Of a stretch of 15,496 nt of DNA, positions 7,700 to 13,878 are shown one piece after another. The notes under the pieces are model-generated. The model was not told the origin of the DNA and did no database searches. It saw only the letters and a list, made by a program, of their open reading frames with translations. Every line of letters begins with the position of its first letter. The stretch's first letter is position 1. Both the position numbers and the translations under genes were made by a program. The DNA is from an uncultured Candidatus Poseidoniales archaeon (GTDB lineage: Archaea > Thermoplasmatota > Poseidoniia > Poseidoniales > CAYMED01), in assembly GCA_964389655.1 (NCBI GenBank), contig CAYMED010000033.1:1-15496 (forward strand), written 5' to 3'.

Positions 7700-7900
7700 A
7701 TGGATGGATATACCTTGTGGACATGGCCCCGAGTGATTAGAATCGGCCTTCCGCTACTCCTGATCGCGTGTTTATTTGGCATGGCTGTTGGTGGAGTTGT
7801 GGGAACCTCCGTTGGACTTTTTTTCTTCAGTATCATCGTGATTGCCTTCCTCAAAATCACCGACATGCATCGCGCCTTTCACGCGAAAAAACCACTTTGA
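7700..7900 (+). CDS. Small 66-aa membrane protein (2-TM hairpin, basic C-terminus)
   Basis: Two hydrophobic segments joined by a Gly-rich turn; it fills the gap between rpl15e and the AIM24 cluster without overlapping either. Confidence 0.65.
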   Translation: MDGYTLWTWPRVIRIGLPLLLIACLFGMAVGGVVGTSVGLFFFSIIVIAFLKITDMHRAFHAKKPL

Positions 7901-7909
7901 ATCAATAAT

Positions 7910-8587
7910 TCAGTTGTTGTTCTGTGACTTTACCCGGCGGAAAGGATGTAAAAATGCCGCGAATGAACGTGGATTTCTTGATTGCACCCAAAGCCGTCCT
8001 TTTCCGCTAAAGCGCATGACCAGTTGGTCGCCAAAGAGAAATGATCGTATCTTTTTACCCGTAGATGTTAAGTGGTGGGCGAGTGAAGCATCCCAAGCGA
8101 CTGCGTGTCCATTGTCAACAATGTAGGATCCATCAACTTCAACCAAGTCTATGGCCCCATATGAGCCAAAGAAGAGAGTGCCTTGGCCTTCAGCTCGTAA
8201 GACAAAGAGTCCTTCCTTGAAAAGACCCGAAAGCCCATCGAATTTGCTATTGATTGAGACCTGACCAGTTGAAGCAATGTAGCCTCCTCTTTCGATATGG
8301 ATCGGTGTCCCATCCATTTCGAGTCCCACAATATCTCCTGGGCACCCATGGACCAAACCGATTTTTCCCCCTGAGGCGCCGGCAGTGTAGGTATTTTGGA
8401 AAAAAGACTCACCAGTCAGTACTTTTCGCTTGAGACTCGCCATCACCCCTCCTTTCATGTTTGTTGAAAGGGCCAATTCACCTTCCATCCATGACATAGC
8501 CCCACTCTCCGTGGTTACGGATTCACCTGGACTAAGAAGCAATTCAATTGCAGTAAATGATGGCTCTCCGATTGTCTCCCAATCCAT
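7910..8587 (-). CDS. TIGR00266 / AIM24 (DUF124) family protein, third in cluster (225 aa)
   Basis: Motifs TESGAM, LTGESFFQNTY, VDNGHAVAW, FSGKGRLWVQSRN. Start MDWETIG at 8587 with GGGAGG SD, 2 nt after the previous stop. Confidence 0.9.
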   Translation of the reverse strand: MDWETIGEPSFTAIELLLSPGESVTTESGAMSWMEGELALSTNMKGGVMASLKRKVLTGESFFQNTYTAGASGGKIGLVHGCPGDIVGLEMDGTPIHIERGGYIASTGQVSINSKFDGLSGLFKEGLFVLRAEGQGTLFFGSYGAIDLVEVDGSYIVDNGHAVAWDASLAHHLTSTGKKIRSFLFGDQLVMRFSGKGRLWVQSRNPRSFAAFLHPFRRVKSQNNN

Positions 8588-8589
8588 AT

Positions 8590-9282
8590 TTATGCCTCCC
8601 TTGGTGGTAGCATCGGGCCAATAAGTGCGCCTAGGCGAGTTGGGTCGTGAGATTGCACAATGACTTTCCCTTTCCCTGAAAATCTCATGACGAGGCCTTC
8701 TCCAGAGGCCATCGATGAAATCCATCCTTTTGCAGCCTTCGAAATTTTGTATTCCATTCCCTGTGTAAATGCAATAAGGTGGCCAGTATCAACTGCGACT
8801 CCATCGTGCGTTTCGATCAAGGAGAGCCGCCCAAATCCATTGACGAAGAACTTCCCATCTCCGATGACGTTGAGGAAGAAAGGCGCCTCACCTGTGAAAA
8901 AACCCTTGAACCCCTGAAATGAGGGGTCAAGCCTGAGGGTTGATTCTCCACCAAGGAATGAGCCTCCACTGCAGACCCATTTCTCTGTGGCCGTTGACTC
9001 TAGGGTCAGTATGTCACCTTGATGGGTCGGGGCAAGAATAACTTCTCCTGGTAGCCCATCTGTGGTTTGATAGGTCGACATGAAGAATGATTCTTTCGCG
9101 AGCACCCGTTTGAGTGCGCCCATCACTCCGCCTCCTTCTCGCCGTAGCGTTGTAACTTCTGAAGTAATGTTGCCCGACATTCGAACCATTGCCCCTGAAT
9201 CTGATAGGAACGTTTCACCGGGTTGTAGGGTGGCCCGCGCGCTAGCAAATGTGCCCGGATTTAGAATTTCCACCTCAACCAT
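8590..9282 (-). CDS. TIGR00266 / AIM24 (DUF124) family protein, second in cluster (230 aa)
   Basis: Motifs SDSGAM, KESFFMSTY, GSFLG, FTGEAPFFL, VDTGHLIAF, SGEGLVMRFSGKG, VQSH. Confidence 0.92.
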   Translation of the reverse strand: MVEVEILNPGTFASARATLQPGETFLSDSGAMVRMSGNITSEVTTLRREGGGVMGALKRVLAKESFFMSTYQTTDGLPGEVILAPTHQGDILTLESTATEKWVCSGGSFLGGESTLRLDPSFQGFKGFFTGEAPFFLNVIGDGKFFVNGFGRLSLIETHDGVAVDTGHLIAFTQGMEYKISKAAKGWISSMASGEGLVMRFSGKGKVIVQSHDPTRLGALIGPMLPPREA

Positions 9283-9291
9283 GTCTATCCC

Positions 9292-9957
9292 TCATACAGG
9301 TAACAGGGGGCTAATCCAATCAGCAATGCCTGGTGCAGTGCGAGTTTGCAATACAATGGTACCCGATCCCGTGAAATTCATTACAAGTCCTTCGCCTGAA
9401 AAGAGGGTGGTTTTGAGACTCCCCATCCCTTTGATGGTGTAATCAAGGCTAGGGTCCCATGCAACCACATGCCCGGTATCTACAGTCAGTGCTCCTTCTA
9501 CATGGCGCTCAAAACATGCTCCATATCCTGAATACCAAATTGAGCCTTCACCAGTTGCCTCGAGGATGAATACACCCTCACCACTGAAGAATGATCGAAA
9601 ACCCCCAAATCTGCTCCTTAATTTGATTCCTGGGGTGCAGGCAAGGAACGAACCGCCTGTAAGATACACTTTGTCATCTCCCCCTTGCATTTCACGATGA
9701 AATACGGTGCCCGGAAGGTTTGGACTTACTGCAACTTCACCCCCCTCGGGGTCAGAGAACTTTCCAGCAAAGACTGATTCTTTAGCAGTCAATCTTCGCC
9801 AAAGTGCTTTTCCAAAACTGCCTATCGATACTGTTTTTACTCGCATATGGGGGCTCATTCTGCTCATCGCACCTGATTCGGCAATCAATACCTCATCTGC
9901 AGCGAGTGTAACTAATAATTCACCATAGTCAGGATTCCCAACAATGGTATGTTCCAT
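9292..9957 (-). CDS. TIGR00266 / AIM24 (DUF124) family protein, first in cluster (221 aa)
   Basis: Motifs AESGAM, KESVF, GSFLAC, FSGEGVFIL, VDTGHVVAW, FSGEGLVMNFTGSG, LQTR. Start MEHTIVGNPDYG at 9957 matches the paralogue N-termini. Confidence 0.92.
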   Translation of the reverse strand: MEHTIVGNPDYGELLVTLAADEVLIAESGAMSRMSPHMRVKTVSIGSFGKALWRRLTAKESVFAGKFSDPEGGEVAVSPNLPGTVFHREMQGGDDKVYLTGGSFLACTPGIKLRSRFGGFRSFFSGEGVFILEATGEGSIWYSGYGACFERHVEGALTVDTGHVVAWDPSLDYTIKGMGSLKTTLFSGEGLVMNFTGSGTIVLQTRTAPGIADWISPLLPV

Positions 9958-9989
9958 CAGTGGCCCACGGGAAGTCTCTACCATATGTA

Positions 9990-10307
9990 TTATTTGCATG
10001 TAATTGGTTTTGGATCTCGATGTGGATCATAGCGCCTTATTTTTCCATCTGCAACTAGGAACAGGACGTCGTCAGACCCATCGTTTCTTAGATGATGATG
10101 CAGACGTCCTGGATCATTCGTTGTCATCGTGCGGATGCGATTTCTAGCTGTCCTTCGGAGCAACTTTTTTGTGTCAACTAACCAATCAACGAGATGATCA
10201 ACGAGCATGGACCTCCCTCCTTTAATTCGGTGAGACGCAAGCGCTTCCAAGACCAATTCGCGAGCAATCGATTTTCGGGACACGCTTCCCATTCCGACTT
10301 CGTGCAT
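9990..10307 (-). CDS. Small basic hypothetical protein (about 105 aa), putative winged-helix-like nucleic-acid-binding domain (DUF7669-like)
   Basis: AAGGAG precedes ATG 10307 (alternative start 10292). Three predicted helices, then MTTNDPGRLHH...DDVLF...IRRYDPHRDP, which from memory resembles the N-terminal domain of some NucS-domain endonucleases. Confidence 0.6.
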   Translation of the reverse strand: MHEVGMGSVSRKSIARELVLEALASHRIKGGRSMLVDHLVDWLVDTKKLLRRTARNRIRTMTTNDPGRLHHHLRNDGSDDVLFLVADGKIRRYDPHRDPKPITCK

Positions 10308-10386
10308 TTCTCCTTTTCGGGTTGATTTCGATTGGAAGTTATCAAGCGGGCGTAAGACCCTTGAGCAATAGGGCTCACCGAGTGCT

Positions 10387-10977
10387 ATGGGCATCCGTTC
10401 CATTGCAGCTGCAACCCTTCTTATCTGCCTGTTATCGATACCCGTTGCTGGCGTGGATGCACCCCCTGGTCAAGAAATTGTATTGGACACTTCGGGAACA
10501 GCAATCACTGTGGTAACACATAGCACATCATCCAGCATTGATGATACTCCATGGACAATCACAGCGACTCTTTCTAGTGATGCAGCCGCGAATGGAAGTT
10601 CTCTTTCTTGGGAAACACAAATCTGTATCCATAGTGGAATCTGTTTTGCACCGGAAAAGGCTGATTTGAATCCATCAAGTGACAATCTTACTTGGACGGG
10701 ATCAATTACGCCAGGTCTCGAACACAATTACATTCGTTACCGAATCTTCATCCATTGGCCCGATGGGAACAATGAGAGTGTTCCCTCCAAGAGTTATGGT
10801 GGCAAGGTATGGTCTGAATGCTGGATTGATACAAATTTGGAGACTGGGAAAGTTACGCAAGGTGGTACTTGCTGGAGTGAAGAGGTAGTTGAAACACCAA
10901 TGGTTTCAGCAGCGCTTGCAATTGGCGTGCTTGCAGCAGCCTCACTTGCCTATCGCGGACGTATTCGATATGACTGA
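10387..10977 (+). CDS. Secreted/surface protein with signal peptide, beta-rich domain and PGF-CTERM-like tail (ETPM-TM-RGRIR)
   Basis: N-terminal h-region ending in VAG; Thr/Ser/Trp-rich core with two Cys pairs and 3 N-x-S/T sequons; C-terminus ETPMVSAALAIGVLAAASLAYRGRIRYD. Confidence 0.8.
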   Translation: MGIRSIAAATLLICLLSIPVAGVDAPPGQEIVLDTSGTAITVVTHSTSSSIDDTPWTITATLSSDAAANGSSLSWETQICIHSGICFAPEKADLNPSSDNLTWTGSITPGLEHNYIRYRIFIHWPDGNNESVPSKSYGGKVWSECWIDTNLETGKVTQGGTCWSEEVVETPMVSAALAIGVLAAASLAYRGRIRYD

Positions 10978-11590
10978 AGAGCAGCGTCCGAGTCAGTTGC
11001 CTAATGCAGTTACCTCTAGCCGTTTAGCATTAGCGCCCATTCTCTTTGTGATTTGGTCTCAGTATGGTTTTTCTCTCTCCCCGCCGGCATGGTTACCTAT
11101 GGCCTCCGCAGGGCTTGTTGGCCTAGCCATGGCGACCGATTGGCTTGATGGGTGGCTTGCAAGGAAACTGGACAGCGCCACGGTCTTTGGTAGAATCGTG
11201 GACCCCCTTGTCGATAAAATCGTGATTCTTGGTACGCTAGTTTACATGACGGCCATGCCTTGGACGCATGCATACATGCCGGCCTGGGCTGTCGCTACCA
11301 TCTTGATGCGTGAAATCATCATTACAGGCTTGCGTGGAGAAGCAGAACGCCGGGGCTTTGATTTTGGTGCATCTCCATTAGGCAAGGCAAAAACCACTTC
11401 GCAAGTATCTGCGATCCTTGCCGTGTTTTTTGTAATTGCAATGGCGGGTGGCCAAGTGATGCGCAATGGCGCAGGGGTACTTGTCGGGATATCCATCATC
11501 TTGACTATCGTATCAGGGGTTGACTATATTCGACAATTCGTCAATGAAATGGGTTCAGAAAATGGCGTTTCAAGTTCTACAATACGTTAA
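10970..11590 (+). CDS. pgsA: CDP-alcohol phosphatidyltransferase, PgsA-like (206 aa)
   Basis: LPNAVTSSR; signature DWLDGWLARK...FGRIVDPLVDK; REIIITGLR; GKAKTTSQ. ATG 10970 overlaps the upstream gene by 8 nt. Substrate specificity is inferred. Confidence 0.85.
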   Translation: MTEEQRPSQLPNAVTSSRLALAPILFVIWSQYGFSLSPPAWLPMASAGLVGLAMATDWLDGWLARKLDSATVFGRIVDPLVDKIVILGTLVYMTAMPWTHAYMPAWAVATILMREIIITGLRGEAERRGFDFGASPLGKAKTTSQVSAILAVFFVIAMAGGQVMRNGAGVLVGISIILTIVSGVDYIRQFVNEMGSENGVSSSTIR

Positions 11591-13470
11591 AGGTCGATCG
11601 AAGGCGCGATGAGGTGAATTGAATTTGGATCTTCTACTGCAATGATCGCCCGGATATGTTGTGCATCTCTTACAGCGGCAGGCGGTTCTGCAACTTTGAC
11701 TCTCGTCGACCCTAACTCAATGCGGTGGCCAATTCCCGCATCAATGCCTGATTCGGGTAGCCAAAGCCCAAGTGCACCATGATCTGGATGATGAGTTATA
11801 ATGAGGATGTCTCCATCGTCATTTTCTTCAACGCGCAACACCACTAGTGGCTCACCTTCGGGAATAAGGCGGCTCGAAGGTTGCCATTCATTCCATGTTT
11901 CTTCAGCAGTTTGATCAAGCATCAATTCCTTTTCTTCGATCTTTGTAATTTGCTTTTCAAATTCCGAGGCAGCCTCCTCGCTGATTTCATTGATTTTGTC
12001 GAGGATTTCTCTTAAACTTGGATCGACTTCGACTTCTTCATCAACAATTGCTGCATTGCTCATTAAGATCAAGTCAGAAATTCTCTCAAGCAATTCTTCT
12101 GCACCTTCTGCTGCACATTCCATTGCTTCATCAAGCACTTCAAGTGCAAGTCCTGGTCGCCCAATTGCTAGCAGACCTTCACCGAGCCGCTTGAGGGTCA
12201 AAGCCCCTTCACCTTGATTTGTCTCAACAATCTTGTGTGCAGCAGATATGTGAATTTCAGCTTGGTCGTCTCCCCCAGAAAGGTGCCGACCTATTGCTGC
12301 TGAGACCAAATGAACAAGGCGTGGTTCTTCGATTCGATGTGCTTCAGCCGCAGCCGCTTCAAAAAGGTGTGCTGCACGCTTATTGTCGTTTGATGCCAAT
12401 GCAATCATTCCAAGATGCTGCATTGTTTTGATTTCGGCTTTATCATCATCAATTAGGGTTGCTTGGTGCAGTGCTCTTGCTAGGTGAAGACGTGCATTTT
12501 CAATGTCTCCACATAGCCGTGAAAGGAGTCCTAGTGTTGTTTCCATTCGGCAGATTGGTCCAGCAATTGCTCTATGGGCAATAGTTGCCATTTCATCGTT
12601 TAGTGGTGTAAGGCCAATTCCGAGTGGTTCTAATGCATCACTGAGTGAGGAGGAACCATGGGCATGCGCCACACTAGGGCCTTGTTCATTTGCTATCGAA
12701 GCAAGGCTCGATAATACATTATCGAGCTCAGAAAATGGGGCACAAAGTACAGGTAGCGGGCCAAGGGATTTGATGCGTCCTGCTTTGACACGTTCGCCAG
12801 CCATGTGCCGTTTGAGTGCATTCACAAGGTCATCTTCATTTGCAGATGTATCTGTAACTGTTGGAGATGGCTGAGATGCTTTTGATTGGATGAGCGAATC
12901 TACCATCCAAGTCAATTTTGACTGGATATCATACTGCCCAGCCCGACTGATCGCATAACGCATTTCAGCTGCACGAACCCGTCTAGATAAACTGCGAACA
13001 CGTGAGCGAGTATTTGCAGGGCCTGATTCGGCAAGTCGCTGGAGGAAAGTAGATGGGGGACAAGTTGTAAACTGAAGATTTGCCTTTTGCGCTGTTGTTG
13101 TCATCTTATAATCATCTGATACCAAGACCACATCATGGCCTTGTCTTGCCAAGTGTGAAGCGAGTACCATCAATGACAGGTCCACGTCCTGCGGAGCTGC
13201 CGTCTCTCCAATCATCTCTGCAAGGCCTCGAATTTGGTTTTCATCAACCGGCGTGGTCTGTAGAAATGTTTGAAACTCATCCATCAATATGGGTTTCTTT
13301 TTCCATCGCTGCATCCGAACTGTACGGACTTCATTATGAACTCCTGGAGTAACATGTATACTCGATTGAGTATGCTTCAAGGCCGCTCTGATATCCTCAA
13401 CAATCCTAGATTCACCTAGACTGCCGATGTGTATGAAGCAATTAGAATCGACAACCCATGTCTTTGACAT
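11587..13470 (-). CDS. 627-aa PIN-domain putative ribonuclease fused to TPR-like repeats, an acidic helical segment and a beta-rich C-terminal domain
   Basis: PIN acidic tetrad D8 (VVDSN), E47 (VHNEV), D97 (QDVDLSL) and D120 (LVSDDY). TPR-like helix pairs (QHLGMIAL...AAHLFEAA; KRLGEGLL...ALEVLDEA). Stop overlaps the pgsA stop (TTAA, 11587-11590). Confidence 0.8.
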   Translation of the reverse strand: MSKTWVVDSNCFIHIGSLGESRIVEDIRAALKHTQSSIHVTPGVHNEVRTVRMQRWKKKPILMDEFQTFLQTTPVDENQIRGLAEMIGETAAPQDVDLSLMVLASHLARQGHDVVLVSDDYKMTTTAQKANLQFTTCPPSTFLQRLAESGPANTRSRVRSLSRRVRAAEMRYAISRAGQYDIQSKLTWMVDSLIQSKASQPSPTVTDTSANEDDLVNALKRHMAGERVKAGRIKSLGPLPVLCAPFSELDNVLSSLASIANEQGPSVAHAHGSSSLSDALEPLGIGLTPLNDEMATIAHRAIAGPICRMETTLGLLSRLCGDIENARLHLARALHQATLIDDDKAEIKTMQHLGMIALASNDNKRAAHLFEAAAAEAHRIEEPRLVHLVSAAIGRHLSGGDDQAEIHISAAHKIVETNQGEGALTLKRLGEGLLAIGRPGLALEVLDEAMECAAEGAEELLERISDLILMSNAAIVDEEVEVDPSLREILDKINEISEEAASEFEKQITKIEEKELMLDQTAEETWNEWQPSSRLIPEGEPLVVLRVEENDDGDILIITHHPDHGALGLWLPESGIDAGIGHRIELGSTRVKVAEPPAAVRDAQHIRAIIAVEDPNSIHLIAPSIDL

Positions 13471-13486
13471 GAGGAGTTCAACCCTC
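13471..13486 (-). promoter_or_regulatory. Short hairpin GAGGG-UUGAAC-UCCUC pairing the putative SD of the PIN-TPR gene, with the upstream gene's stop codon in the loop
   Basis: Minus strand reads GAGGGTTGAACTCCTC-ATG: a 5-bp stem including one G-U pair. Confidence 0.35.
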
Positions 13487-13774
13487 GTTAGTCGAGTCCA
13501 TGTGGTCGCCAAGCGTCATGCCAGAATCTTCATTTGGATCTGAGGCGAATTGCTCAGTTGTCTCCTCTGATGCTTCATCAAGGTCTGCGGTTTCTCCCGA
13601 TATAATCGCTTCAGCCGCAGTGCTAAGTTCGTCGTGGTTGAGGAATTTGTCTTCATTTGCATCATGATGTTTTGCTTCTTCGACGAGGGCATCAGGATTG
13701 TCTAGGTGGTGCTCTTTGAGGACTTTCTTGACAGTTTTCGGGTTGAAGGCATACTCGGCATCATCATTTGTCAT
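13478..13774 (-). CDS. Small acidic protein (about 98 aa) with a single EF-hand-type Ca2+-binding loop
   Basis: Helix-DANEDKFLNHDE-helix (D1, N3, D5, L8, N9, E12; nt 13663-13628) and a strongly acidic C-terminal half. Start at ATG 13774 is preferred over the track's 13837 but is not certain. Confidence 0.72.
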   Translation of the reverse strand: MTNDDAEYAFNPKTVKKVLKEHHLDNPDALVEEAKHHDANEDKFLNHDELSTAAEAIISGETADLDEASEETTEQFASDPNEDSGMTLGDHMDSTNEG

Positions 13775-13878
13775 GGGATCACTAACCGTGCGTATCTTTG
13801 ATGGTTGATCATGGTTCTGATCGTATTGTAGTTTCAAGCATGGACAAATGCTTACTCAATTAGTGGTGAGGGGCTCTG

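Noticed and set aside
11587-13470. Calling the PIN protein Nob1 or a classical VapC
   Set aside because: It lacks the Nob1 zinc ribbon and is far larger than VapC, and its upstream gene is not a typical DNA-binding VapB.
2452-13512. Longer N-termini in the track for sucC, the nucleotidyltransferase, tpiA, iaaA, rpl15e, two AIM24 genes, the 9990 ORF, pgsA and PIN-TPR
   Set aside because: The extensions overlap neighbouring genes or promoter regions; downstream ATGs match family N-termini and TATA/SD spacing.
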